Notes: generated from the letters alone by a model not told the origin. A stretch of DNA of 61,523 bases from an uncultured Clostridium sp. (GCA_964389545.1 CAYMDN010000004.1:1-61523), one strand, 5' to 3'. Shown: positions 40,845 through 50,664, numbered from the stretch's first letter. Made by a program: numbers and translations.

Positions 40845-42401
40845 TTATGTCATTTTTCTTAGTCTTTCTAAGTATTCTATACATTCTGCCATTGCATTTT
40901 TTCCAAATGAGTCGTTTAAGAATTTTATGAATGGGTCTATTTCATCTTTTATGAAAGCTATGTTTAATTGCTCGAATTTTCTGAATATTTTTTTAGCTAT
41001 GAAGTAATCTACTCCTTCTATTTCTGTTCCACCACATGCAACATATACTGGTACGAATTTCTTCATGTGAGAAACAATACGATTACCAAATGCTATACGG
41101 AAGTGAGCTATTACATAGTCATCCATTTTTTCTATTTTGTCTAGTGTTTCTTTTGATACTGGATATGTTTCCATTGCTGTTGAATATAGCCTATCTATAT
41201 ATGTATAGTTTATATTCATTGATTCTACTTCTTCTGGTTTGAATGCCTTTCCTTTATCGTTGATGTCTATAGGCATTGCTCTATCGTAAACCTTATCTGT
41301 AACGGCGAATGTAGAATCGTCGTTATTGATTGTTCCTATATACCACATATTTGGTGGTATTCTTAACTTACCATGCATTAATCTTTTTGGATCTGTTGGC
41401 CAACTATTTGGAACTATTTCTATTATCCATTCATCTTTGTTTGGCATTTCTAGAATAGACAACATTTCAGCAAAGTAGTACTCAACACGTGATAAGTTCA
41501 TCTCGTCTAGTATAAGCGTATATACATCATCTGTATAACCTGCTGTGTACATTTCTTGTAATATATCTGTTTCATTGAATTTCTTTGTGAATTCGTTGAA
41601 GTATCCAAAAAGGTCTGTTCTATCTCTCCATGATGGTTGTACTGATGCAACACATGAGTCTTGATTTAAAAATTTTCCCCAAGCGTATGCAAGAGATGTC
41701 TTACCTGTACCAGAGATACCTTGCAAGATAACTAATCTTGTTGAGGCTAAACCTGCGATAAATACTCTTATTAATTTTTCTTGATAGTATAATCCTAATT
41801 TTGATGCTGCAAAGTTTCTGAAGTTTGAGCATAGTTCTTGTAAATCGAATGTGTTGTTGTAGTTCTTTATCTTGTAGCTTGCATATTCTAAGTCGACCAA
41901 AGTAAGTTTTGAAAATCTTTGTCCGTCTCCTGCCTCTTCTTCTCCTTCTTGCCCTTCTGTTCTTTCATCATCCATGTCTAAGCCTGAACTAAGTGCTTTT
42001 TTGTTTGATTCGTCTGGCTTTAATCCTAATTGAGAAACTTTCATTGCAAGTATTTCATCTTTTTCTTTTGATAGTTTTAGTACTTGTCTATTTAGGGCGT
42101 CTACTTCATTAACAAGTTTATCATGCTCTGCTGCTGGCTTTCTTAATCTTGTATATTTCTTTATTATTAAGAACGCTAGTAGTAGTATTAATCCTAGGAA
42201 TATTCCTATTATTACTATTGACAATACTGCTAATATCCATTCTGGTCCATTAAAGTCTGCATAGAAATTATGAAATACATTCACATAATTTTTTATGTTA
42301 AATATTTGTCTTATTCCATTAATTATTCCAAAGAATATTTGTAAAATTCCTGAAACTAATTGGTTTAAAAATTCATATAAGAATCTAAAAAATGTATCCA
42401 T
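40845..42401 (-). CDS. McrB-like AAA+ NTPase with an N-terminal membrane anchor and coiled coil
   Basis: Walker A GISGTGKT, VQPSWRD, Walker B LILDEMN, GTINNDDST, KVYDRA. Confidence 0.85.
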   Translation of the reverse strand: MDTFFRFLYEFLNQLVSGILQIFFGIINGIRQIFNIKNYVNVFHNFYADFNGPEWILAVLSIVIIGIFLGLILLLAFLIIKKYTRLRKPAAEHDKLVNEVDALNRQVLKLSKEKDEILAMKVSQLGLKPDESNKKALSSGLDMDDERTEGQEGEEEAGDGQRFSKLTLVDLEYASYKIKNYNNTFDLQELCSNFRNFAASKLGLYYQEKLIRVFIAGLASTRLVILQGISGTGKTSLAYAWGKFLNQDSCVASVQPSWRDRTDLFGYFNEFTKKFNETDILQEMYTAGYTDDVYTLILDEMNLSRVEYYFAEMLSILEMPNKDEWIIEIVPNSWPTDPKRLMHGKLRIPPNMWYIGTINNDDSTFAVTDKVYDRAMPIDINDKGKAFKPEEVESMNINYTYIDRLYSTAMETYPVSKETLDKIEKMDDYVIAHFRIAFGNRIVSHMKKFVPVYVACGGTEIEGVDYFIAKKIFRKFEQLNIAFIKDEIDPFIKFLNDSFGKNAMAECIEYLERLRKMT

Positions 42402-42404
42402 GTT

Positions 42405-43418
42405 TTATTCTCCATCCACTAATAAATTTTCTATATTTTTTTGATAATATTTAAAATTATCATATAACTTTGATTTTTTGTGTACTACTATGTAATCGAA
42501 TATTTCCAGTTTTTTTAGTTCATCTGGGGTTACTACAAATGTGTCATCTAAATCTATTATAAATCTAAAGCCTCTTTGCATGAATTCGTGTATTGCTGTT
42601 TTATTTGTTGTAAAGTCTTTAAAGCTAATTTTGATTTTAACTCTTTCTTGTATTACTGGGTTTTCTATTATATTCATTAATTGTTCAATTTTTTGGCTTT
42701 TTTCAAGCATTGTTATTGGTAAGTCTACTATGTATTGTGAATCAAAATTTCCGGTTTGTATTGTTCTGATATTTAGTATTGTTAGTAGTACAAATTCTAC
42801 CATAATCCTGTCTTCGTAGATAACTCCCGAATCGTATACTTCCATGGTTGCTTGTTTACTGAATAAATAAGGTATTTCAAATTTATATTTAAGATTAACT
42901 TCGAATATATCCTTTTGACCTGCAAATCTGTTTAGTGCTACCTTAAAGTCTTCTGATGCATATTTTTTTAGGTAGCCTTCCTTAGCTTCTCTGTATGTTT
43001 TAATCATTTTTGTTATTCTTTCTTTGTGTCCTGGGATTCTTTTTAGTTCATAGGTTTCTGTTCTTGCTTTACATATTTGGTCTGCTAAGTCTTTTTCTTC
43101 AATTTTTAATGGTCTTACAAAGTCTATATATAAAATGTACTGATATAAATCTAACATAGAATCTAAAATCTTGTGGTCTTCTTCTTCTGCGTTATATTTA
43201 AGGTCTTCGTTTTTTTCTGTTAAGGCTGAATATACTCTTCTGTAAAATACTCTTTGCTTTTCATCGACATCGTAGTTGTAATATCTTGCATCCATATAGG
43301 TTGTTAGATATTCTTCTGCAGCTTCTTGTATAAGCTTGTCTCTGAAAATTTCTTTAACAAAGTTTGCTAAAAACTTTTGTGTATATTCTAAATATTCAGT
43401 CATTATATTAGCTATCAT
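42405..43418 (-). CDS. Hypothetical protein with a possible degenerate EAL-like C-terminus
   Basis: 337-aa ORF; MQRGFRFIIDLDDTF recalls the G...lDDFG strand of EAL domains. Confidence 0.55.
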   Translation of the reverse strand: MIANIMTEYLEYTQKFLANFVKEIFRDKLIQEAAEEYLTTYMDARYYNYDVDEKQRVFYRRVYSALTEKNEDLKYNAEEEDHKILDSMLDLYQYILYIDFVRPLKIEEKDLADQICKARTETYELKRIPGHKERITKMIKTYREAKEGYLKKYASEDFKVALNRFAGQKDIFEVNLKYKFEIPYLFSKQATMEVYDSGVIYEDRIMVEFVLLTILNIRTIQTGNFDSQYIVDLPITMLEKSQKIEQLMNIIENPVIQERVKIKISFKDFTTNKTAIHEFMQRGFRFIIDLDDTFVVTPDELKKLEIFDYIVVHKKSKLYDNFKYYQKNIENLLVDGE

Positions 43419-43440
43419 TTGCTTATTACCTCTTTCTTTG

Positions 43441-44298
43441 TTAGTATGTTAGTGTAACTACTGATTCTTTGTCTCCTCCCATTTCGTATGAATAATCCAT
43501 ACTTGGGTCCACTTTGTAAAATCTAACTTTGTATGTTTCTAATGGTTTTATCTCTGATGTTGCTTTGTATACATATTGATAATTGTTTATTTCTTCTGTT
43601 TCTATATTTTTAGCTTTTATTACAAAATTATCTGTCATATCAATTAAAACTTTCTTTGGGTCAAACTCTAATGTTACATTTTGCTTATCTACTAAAGAAT
43701 TTGTAATAATTACTTCTATATATGGGTTGTCTTCTGAATCGGCAATTTCGTATCCAACACCTGCTACACCAACTCCAACTATTAGTCTTCCGCTAAGTAT
43801 TTCTACATATGGTGATGTTGAAGTTACTTCTACATCTACCCATGCTGTTTCTCCATATGCTAGTCCTTTTCCTGTTGCTGGATTTACGGCTATTGTAAAG
43901 TAGTCTTCGTTTATACCACTGTTTGCACTACCTACTATTGTTCCTGAATCTTTACTTAGTGTACATTCTATATTTTTAGAAGATGATATTTTAACTTTAT
44001 AATCAATGTCCACTTCTGCAAACACCGCGTCATTTTTCTTTGAGTTTAGATTTATTGTGATTACATATGTTTCTGCTCCTGACCAGTTGTTCTTGATTTC
44101 AAACTCTGTTGGTTCAACTGCTAATTTATCACAATTGAAATAAAATCCTTTTGATGAGAAGTAGTATGAGCGAATTGCGTTGTATATGTATCTACTCAAA
44201 CTGAATCTAACCTGCAAAAAGATTAGTAGAACAATTGCAAATAAAGCAATTATTAATATTAACTTCTTTTTGTTTCTTTTTGTTTTCCTTCTTTGCAT
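43441..44298 (-). CDS. Secreted or membrane protein of the SipW cluster
   Basis: Basic N-region, H-region, FSLSRY motif, beta-rich body. Confidence 0.65.
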   Translation of the reverse strand: MQRRKTKRNKKKLILIIALFAIVLLIFLQVRFSLSRYIYNAIRSYYFSSKGFYFNCDKLAVEPTEFEIKNNWSGAETYVITINLNSKKNDAVFAEVDIDYKVKISSSKNIECTLSKDSGTIVGSANSGINEDYFTIAVNPATGKGLAYGETAWVDVEVTSTSPYVEILSGRLIVGVGVAGVGYEIADSEDNPYIEVIITNSLVDKQNVTLEFDPKKVLIDMTDNFVIKAKNIETEEINNYQYVYKATSEIKPLETYKVRFYKVDPSMDYSYEMGGDKESVVTLTY

Positions 44299-44314
44299 TT
44301 GTTCTCCTTTTTAA

Positions 44315-44878
44315 TTAAATAATTTGTTTTGCATCTACTGTTAATTCAATTGTTTCTAAAATGTTTTGATATTTTGATTCGTTATATTCTTCTGGAAGGG
44401 CAATTTCTATTTTGTAAACATTTTCTTCTTTATTTTCTATTCCAAATTGTTCTTCTTGGAAATTTATTATTCTATAGTATACTCCATTTTCGTCTTTTGT
44501 TATTTTATTTTCTATTATTCCAGCTGATTCTTCACCGTTTTTGTATAGTTTGTATTTTAATGGTAAGTTTGTTGTTGTTCTTATTGCAATTGTGTATTTC
44601 ATTGCTGTTTCGCTTGTTCTTGTTCCATCGTTATTTGCGACAGAAAAGGTGTAATCCTGTTGCCATCCTGGTTGTATATCTCGTAGAACTACATTTTCAG
44701 ACATTGTTTTTTCTTCTAGTATATAAAAGGCAACATCAACTTCTGCTGCTGATTTTCCTGCTGAACTGAATCTTGAAAACGTTTTGTTTATAACAAGTAC
44801 AAACAACACCAGAACTATCAGTAGTAGTATTTTCTTACTATATTCCTTTCTTTTCTTTCTTCTATTACTTCTGTTCAA
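44315..44878 (-). CDS. Secreted protein with a SipW-class signal peptide
   Basis: KTFSRF motif, IQPG..YTFSVAN. Confidence 0.68.
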   Translation of the reverse strand: MNRSNRRKKRKEYSKKILLLIVLVLFVLVINKTFSRFSSAGKSAAEVDVAFYILEEKTMSENVVLRDIQPGWQQDYTFSVANNDGTRTSETAMKYTIAIRTTTNLPLKYKLYKNGEESAGIIENKITKDENGVYYRIINFQEEQFGIENKEENVYKIEIALPEEYNESKYQNILETIELTVDAKQII

Positions 44879-45548
44879 TGTTTTCTCCTTCTCTGAACAT
44901 TTTGTGTCTTTTATGTCTTCTTTTTTCTTTTGGATTTTTTTCCTTTTTTACTTTTTCTTTCTTTATTTTTTCTATTTTTGTTTTTTTCTCTTTTTTAGTT
45001 TTGAGTTCTTCTATTTCATTCTGTTCAGTTTTGTTTTCATTATTATTTGGGTCTTTTTTATCTTTTCCATGTGATAAAATACTTCCTATTAGTATTAATG
45101 TAACAAAGATTGATGCTAGCACTTTTGGTTCTGTAAATACTTTGAACCATATTCCTAAGTGTGTAAATGTTTTAACCACTTTTCCTATTACGCTATCTCT
45201 GGTTGTTGTTTTATCTTCTGCATTGTTTGCATCTCCTTTTGCTATTATTTCATCTCCGTTTATTTCTTTTACTCTGTGTGTTATTAATTCTTTGTCACTT
45301 TTATAGGTTATTATATCGTTTACTTCTATGTCTGTATCTAGTTTTACTAAAACAACATCATAAACATCAAGTGTATCTTTCATACTTCCTGTTGATATTT
45401 CTAATAGTGTGTATCCAAAAAAGTTCGCATAATCTTTATTGAATACTTTTAATTGTATAAAGTTATATGCGAGCACTATTGCTAGTAGTGCTACTATAAC
45501 TATAAATATATTTAATATAATATGTAAGATTTTTTCTACTATCTTCAT
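44865..45548 (-). CDS. sipW: SipW-type signal peptidase I
   Basis: STGSMKD, ITHRV, AKGDANNAED, VIGKV. Confidence 0.88.
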   Translation of the reverse strand: MKIVEKILHIILNIFIVIVALLAIVLAYNFIQLKVFNKDYANFFGYTLLEISTGSMKDTLDVYDVVLVKLDTDIEVNDIITYKSDKELITHRVKEINGDEIIAKGDANNAEDKTTTRDSVIGKVVKTFTHLGIWFKVFTEPKVLASIFVTLILIGSILSHGKDKKDPNNNENKTEQNEIEELKTKKEKKTKIEKIKKEKVKKEKNPKEKRRHKRHKMFREGENIEQK

Positions 45549-45578
45549 TTATATCCTTTCATTCATTGTAGTAGTTTT

Positions 45579-46310
45579 CTATCCTTCTCCATTTTCTGTT
45601 TCTGTGTTTTCTGTATTTTCAGAATTCTCTGGATTGTCTGGATTAGGATTTTCTGGATCTATTGGTTCTTCGCCTTCATTAGGTTCCTTATATTCTATAA
45701 TTTCTTCTCCCAAATATTGGTTAATTGTTGCTTGAACTGGTATTTGTAAATTCAAATCTTGTATTACTCCGATTTCTGAATCATACTTATTGTTTTCATC
45801 TGAATCATCATTTTCCCATGCAATATATATTCTTACTGTTTCTTTTTCTTTTTTGCTAATTTGGTCTAGTGTAATTAAATATGAATATGTACTATCCCCA
45901 GTTCTTATTAGTTGTCCTTCTGTTCCATCGCTTTTTACTCTTACTATTTTATCAAACTTTAATGAATTGTTTATATCTAAACTCGAAAAATCAAATTCAA
46001 TATCATATACAACAGCAACACTTGTTTCAGTTGCATCTATAACCACGTCAAAATAGCCAACTGATCCTGGCGCTATTTTGCCATTTACAACATATTGGCT
46101 TGGGTTATAATTTAAGGTATCAATGATAAACTCCTTTTGTTTAGTATTACTGTCAGATATATCAGTATTATTTACCTTAATAATCCAAACCCCAACTTCC
46201 TGCTCTGCCTCAGCATATGCTTCCGAAACATATTTAGCAAAAGTAGTAGTTATTTGATATATTGTAACGACTATCATTATCAATACTGACAAAATCCATA
46301 CTTTTTTCAT
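45579..46310 (-). CDS. Secreted protein with a SipW-class signal peptide
   Basis: TTFAKY motif, KIAPGSVGYFDVVID (paralog of 37614-38381), acidic PEN/TEN tail. Confidence 0.7.
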   Translation of the reverse strand: MKKVWILSVLIMIVVTIYQITTTFAKYVSEAYAEAEQEVGVWIIKVNNTDISDSNTKQKEFIIDTLNYNPSQYVVNGKIAPGSVGYFDVVIDATETSVAVVYDIEFDFSSLDINNSLKFDKIVRVKSDGTEGQLIRTGDSTYSYLITLDQISKKEKETVRIYIAWENDDSDENNKYDSEIGVIQDLNLQIPVQATINQYLGEEIIEYKEPNEGEEPIDPENPNPDNPENSENTENTETENGEG

Positions 46311-46323
46311 GTTTACTCCTTAT

Positions 46324-46887
46324 CTATTCCTCTTTAGTTGATCTTCTTCTGCTACTGCTTCTTCCTCTTCTGTCATCCTTTTCTGGATAACTGTTTGTTT
46401 TTAATTCAGCTATAACTTGTACAACTTCGTTTAGGAACGCCAACAATGATGGGAATATAATTAAGAACAAAAATCCCCATCTAGATTCTAATAGGCTTAA
46501 AATGTTTCCGACTCCGCCCATTACTTTTGCATCTTTTGCTGTTCCGATTCCCTCAGATTCAACAAATTGGTATCCTCCCTCAATTGTAAATGTAGCATCC
46601 ATACCTTCGTATGCTCTGCTGACACGTTCCAATTTACTGTATCTAATTTGATCATCATTGTAGAAAAATATATTATCTCCGGCTTCAGCACTGGCTAAGG
46701 TACCTTTTTTTGCCAATACTAAGTCTCCTTTTTTATAATCTCCTATTTTATCATCGGTGATTAAAACTAATGTAGTGTCCCCAAATTCTGTTACTTTGTA
46801 ATCGTTATAATTTAACAAGCACAAAGTTGTAAATATTGCTACTAAAACGTACAATATTACTATAATATTCCATAAAACTTTCTTCAT
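46324..46887 (-). CDS. Degenerate SipW-like membrane protein lacking catalytic motifs
   Basis: Same topology and GDLV/GDNI boxes as 39087-39692 but no SM or THR motif. Confidence 0.55.
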   Translation of the reverse strand: MKKVLWNIIVILYVLVAIFTTLCLLNYNDYKVTEFGDTTLVLITDDKIGDYKKGDLVLAKKGTLASAEAGDNIFFYNDDQIRYSKLERVSRAYEGMDATFTIEGGYQFVESEGIGTAKDAKVMGGVGNILSLLESRWGFLFLIIFPSLLAFLNEVVQVIAELKTNSYPEKDDRRGRSSSRRRSTKEE

Positions 46888-47018
46888 CTTGTGTTCCTCC
46901 CACTAATAATTAAATATATTATATACTAAACAATTTCAAATTTGCAATATATTATTCAAAATAATTACAAAATTTTTAAATAAATTTTTTCCATTTTTGA
47001 TAATCTTAGGGAACTCAT

Positions 47019-47212
47019 TCTTCTGTACCAATATCATTAAGAATTGCCTTAGATTTTTGGTCTGGCATACCATATCTTTGAGATAAATATCTTAGTGCTG
47101 CTCCTAGCTCTCCATCTGGTCCACCATATTGTGAAATTATAAATTTAGCAAGTCTAGGATTTGGACATTTTATATTAACAGGGTATTCTAATGTTTTATT
47201 ATACGTCCACAT
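47019..47212 (-). CDS. cotJC: cotJC 5' half
   Basis: MWTYNKTLEYPV..SQYGGPDGELGAALRYLSQRY..NDIGTEE, then TGA supplied by the element end. Confidence 0.93.
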
Positions 47213-47213
47213 A

Positions 47214-47513
47214 TTAATAATTCCCCCTTTCCCATGGCCATGGCTCTTCTACCCATCTCCATTTATTGCATGGGTAATATATTGTAAGTGGTCCATATAT
47301 TCTTTGATATTTATCCTCTAATTCTTTTAGTTCTCTTGTATAATTTCGGTGCATACATATTGCTCTTCTATTTTCTGGATGTGTATTTAGGTATAATGAA
47401 AGTTCTATTATCGAAAAATTCAATTCTTTTATTCTTGTTATCATTTGTCTTCTTTTGCTTTCACTTGAATTTGCACATTGTGCTTGTGATTGATTGTTTT
47501 CATTTTCTTCCAT
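47214..47513 (-). CDS. cotJB: Spore coat protein CotJB
   Basis: ELSLYLNTHP, YGPLT, WRWVEEPWPWE. Confidence 0.92.
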   Translation of the reverse strand: MEENENNQSQAQCANSSESKRRQMITRIKELNFSIIELSLYLNTHPENRRAICMHRNYTRELKELEDKYQRIYGPLTIYYPCNKWRWVEEPWPWERGNY

Positions 47514-47839
47514 TATCCATTACACCCCATTTCTGATTCATTTCTAGTACTTAAATAATTAATTACTTCCATTGACTGTCCTGGTTCATATGGACTAACT
47601 AACTCTGGATATATCGTTCCCATTTTTAATCCTACCGTTGGATTAAAAACTCTATCCATTACTTGTCTTGCAACATAGCTTTCTGCAATTGTTGGATTGC
47701 TTGGAAATTCGCTAGTTTCATTATCAAATCCACAACTACAACTTCCATAATCGTCCATATCGTCTTCTATATTGGGACAACTGTTTTCATAATAATCTTC
47801 ATCTTGAGCTGAATTACATCTGCTACAATTTCTATACAT
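47513..47839 (-). CDS. cotJA: Spore coat associated protein CotJA-like
   Basis: AESYVARQ..GLKMGTIYPELVSPY; first gene of the cotJ operon. Confidence 0.8.
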   Translation of the reverse strand: MYRNCSRCNSAQDEDYYENSCPNIEDDMDDYGSCSCGFDNETSEFPSNPTIAESYVARQVMDRVFNPTVGLKMGTIYPELVSPYEPGQSMEVINYLSTRNESEMGCNG

Positions 47840-48004
47840 TGTAATTCCTCCTTTATATTAATGTATATTACAGTATATTCTCTGTTTCGCCTTTTTGATA
47901 CAAAAAAATAAAAGTTACTATTAATAATCTTAAATATACTAGTAATAAAAAAGACATACCACTACAGGAAAATGGTATGTCAATGATAATTTAATTTAAA
48001 AATT

Positions 48005-48232
48005 TTAGTCTATATATGGTTCTAAACGTCTTATTACATATTCAATCCAATCCTTTGAAATATATGGACTATATTTATATATTACTAATGCTGAATTTAT
48101 TGCACCAATATACATATCTGAGCGATAACCTTTTGGATTATTACACATTTCATCAATAAAATCTCGGGTATATGGCACTGTATATCCATTTGATGGACAT
48201 TTTTCTTTTTCTGGGATTTCAAATCTAGACAT
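48005..48232 (-). CDS. Small hypothetical protein
   Basis: AAAGGAG RBS, 75-aa ORF. Confidence 0.55.
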   Translation of the reverse strand: MSRFEIPEKEKCPSNGYTVPYTRDFIDEMCNNPKGYRSDMYIGAINSALVIYKYSPYISKDWIEYVIRRLEPYID

Positions 48233-48257
48233 ATTAATCGTCTCCTTTCCTTATTTA

Positions 48258-48314
48258 CTTTATACTTTATTATTTAATTAATCCTTCAGCAATACAATCT
48301 AATATTCTCATATA
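48258..48314. repeat. 57-bp direct repeat, copy 1 (copy 2 at 49744-49800)
   Basis: Identical 3' ends and flanks of two paralogous genes (..YMRILDCIAEGLIK). Confidence 0.85.
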
Positions 48315-49268
48315 AATTTTGCCAAAGTCAATTTCTTTTTGTAGTTTCTCGTTAGTTTCTATATATAATTGATTTTTTTCTTGCCCTGATATATCTTTCT
48401 TATTATAGATTTCTAATAACTTTTCTATAATGTAATTTAATTCTTTTATTGCAAAAATATCTTCATATTCTCTTAATGTTTCTATACTTTTTATTATATC
48501 TTTTTCAATTTTTATGTATATTTCTTTTTCTTCTATTGAATATTTATTATGTAATTGTTTCGCATTTTCATTAATTTTGTTATGCTTAACAAATGTATAC
48601 ATATAAATAAATTGTGATATAACTTTTTCCTCTTTTCTAAGTAAATCATATCCACAAGTACCAGTTTTGTTCTCAATTACTTCAGATAAATAAATTTTGT
48701 TCGGTATTGGATATATAGGTTTTATATCATCACGTAGATACAAACTTTTTAAATGTTCTTTTTCGTTTTTACTCATATCTGATTTTTCTATCGATTCTAT
48801 AAATTTATCAGTAGTTTCATCCTTTTCTTTAGACTTCATTTTGTCATATATTTTTTTTAAGTATTCCTTTTGTTCTACTTCTACATGGGCATTATCACAA
48901 GATATAATTACATCTGCTTGATCAAATAATATATGTATTTCTATTTTATCTTCTAGTTTATAAATTTCATCATATAGCCAATATTCATCTTCTATTTTTC
49001 CATTGATTTGAGCATTTGCATTTTCAAAAATAAATCTTGCTTTTCCCCATATCTCTTCATCCAGTTCCATTACATAGTTTTTTCCTTCCATGTATGCTTC
49101 AACTATATGCGTGTCATGTCTATGTTTCATCACTTGTTTTACATTGTCAGATAATTGGTTTTCAATTGTCCTGTAATAACTATTATAGCTTTCTATTATT
49201 CTATCAACGTCTTTTGGATTTGCATACCATCCTCTTTTAAAATATTTCATAGTTTTTCCTACTTTCAT
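48270..49268 (-). CDS. Hypothetical protein, paralog of 49756-50664 (DUF4085-like N-terminus, candidate immunity protein)
   Basis: IENQLSDNVK..RHDTHIV..WLYDEIY shared with the paralog. Confidence 0.65.
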   Translation of the reverse strand: MKVGKTMKYFKRGWYANPKDVDRIIESYNSYYRTIENQLSDNVKQVMKHRHDTHIVEAYMEGKNYVMELDEEIWGKARFIFENANAQINGKIEDEYWLYDEIYKLEDKIEIHILFDQADVIISCDNAHVEVEQKEYLKKIYDKMKSKEKDETTDKFIESIEKSDMSKNEKEHLKSLYLRDDIKPIYPIPNKIYLSEVIENKTGTCGYDLLRKEEKVISQFIYMYTFVKHNKINENAKQLHNKYSIEEKEIYIKIEKDIIKSIETLREYEDIFAIKELNYIIEKLLEIYNKKDISGQEKNQLYIETNEKLQKEIDFGKIYMRILDCIAEGLIK

Positions 49269-49360
49269 ATATCATTCGACTCATTCTTAAATTGGCATTA
49301 TTCAAAGAATACCAGATTTTATTTGGATTTTTTATGTCTCTAAATCCTCTGTCAACAAAC

Positions 49361-49681
49361 TTAAAACCAAGCTGATTGGTAATCAGGATTATATTTTGTG
49401 TTAGTTTCAATTATTACTATTTTTTGATTTTCACATTGATAGTAATTTTTATTAAGCCATTCTACAAATTCTTTTGTACCAATACATAAAATTTCTTCGT
49501 CATTCTCATACTCTTTTCTGTTTTCATTTAATGCTACCCAGTCAAAAAATTCTTGAACTATATCATCAATGTTATCACTCACAAAATCGGGTACTTTTAT
49601 AATATCTACCGTATCTGTAACTTTTGTAGTATCTGTTCTATCATCATATTCATAATCGTAAATTACATTTATTAACTTCAT
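49361..49681 (-). CDS. Hypothetical protein
   Basis: AAGGAG RBS, 106-aa acidic ORF. Confidence 0.6.
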   Translation of the reverse strand: MKLINVIYDYEYDDRTDTTKVTDTVDIIKVPDFVSDNIDDIVQEFFDWVALNENRKEYENDEEILCIGTKEFVEWLNKNYYQCENQKIVIIETNTKYNPDYQSAWF

Positions 49682-49743
49682 TGCTATTTCTCCTTAAGTA
49701 ACGTTTTAATTTTAAAACGTTACTTTTTTCATTTTCCTATTGG

Positions 49744-49800
49744 CTTTATACTTTATTATTTAATTAATCCTTCAGCAATACAATCTAATATTCTCATATA
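49744..49800. repeat. 57-bp direct repeat, copy 2
   Basis: Identical to 48258-48314. Confidence 0.85.
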
Positions 49801-50664
49801 TATTTTACCAAAGTTGACATCTTTTAATAGTTTTTCGTTGGTTTTCAAATACATTTGATTTTTTTCTTTCATCGAAATATTATTTTTATTGTAGACTCCT
49901 AATACACTATTGATAATATATCTTAATCCTTGTTCCTTTAATATCTCTCTATATTTCATCAAAATTTTTATATTTTCTTTTATGTTTTCTTCATATTCTA
50001 TGAATTTTTCCTTGTAAATATTTTCTTTTTCTGTTTCAGAACAGCTATAATAATAGTTCTCTATTAAATCATCGATATTCTTATCCTTGCTATATTTAAT
50101 GGTTTCATATATTTGATTAAAGTTAAAAATTAATTGTTCCCAAATATTAAGCATATAAAATCCACAAATCATTTTCTTGTTTTCAATAATTTGAATAATC
50201 TTGTCATTTTTCAAGTTATTATTTTCATTTAATCTACTAATGGTTTCATTATATAAATTCTTAAAGTATTCTTTCTCTTCTATTCTTACATAAACATCAT
50301 CACATAACACTATAATATCTGATTTTTTATTTGCTTTATAAAAAGATATGTGTATTTCTAATTTATCTGTTACTTTATAAATTTCTTCATACAACCAGTA
50401 TACATCCTTTTTATCACTATTATGTCTTACTGTTGCATTTGTAAAAACTATTTTTCCTTTACCCCAAATTTCTTCATCTAATTCCATTATATAATCAGTA
50501 TCTTCAAAATATGTTTTTACAATATGTGTATCGTGTCTATAATTTATTGCACGTTTTACATTATCTGATAATTGATTTTCTATTGAGCAATAATATTTAT
50601 CATATTGTTCTATTATTTTTTCGCTATTTTTCCTGGTTTCCCAGCCATTTACAAAATATTTCAT
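49756..50664 (-). CDS. Hypothetical protein directly downstream of the RHS tip (candidate immunity protein)
   Basis: AAGGAG RBS; paralog of 48270-49268. Confidence 0.65.
   Translation of the reverse strand: MKYFVNGWETRKNSEKIIEQYDKYYCSIENQLSDNVKRAINYRHDTHIVKTYFEDTDYIMELDEEIWGKGKIVFTNATVRHNSDKKDVYWLYEEIYKVTDKLEIHISFYKANKKSDIIVLCDDVYVRIEEKEYFKNLYNETISRLNENNNLKNDKIIQIIENKKMICGFYMLNIWEQLIFNFNQIYETIKYSKDKNIDDLIENYYYSCSETEKENIYKEKFIEYEENIKENIKILMKYREILKEQGLRYIINSVLGVYNKNNISMKEKNQMYLKTNEKLLKDVNFGKIYMRILDCIAEGLIK

Larger units (their letters stand above)
19854..47018. mobile_element. 27,165-bp serine-recombinase element interrupting cotJC (skin-like)
   Basis: cotJC halves join in frame at a shared GA; recombinase near the left end; element-side arms form an imperfect inverted repeat. 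Confidence 0.88.

Noticed and set aside
19854-47018. Prophage or ICE interpretation of the element
   Set aside because: No terminase, capsid, tail, relaxase or VirB4-like genes recognised
49697-49729. Palindrome aagtaacg..cgttactt resembling the one at 54870-54902
   Set aside because: Both follow stop codons and fit ordinary terminators; too short and AT-rich to claim a repeat family
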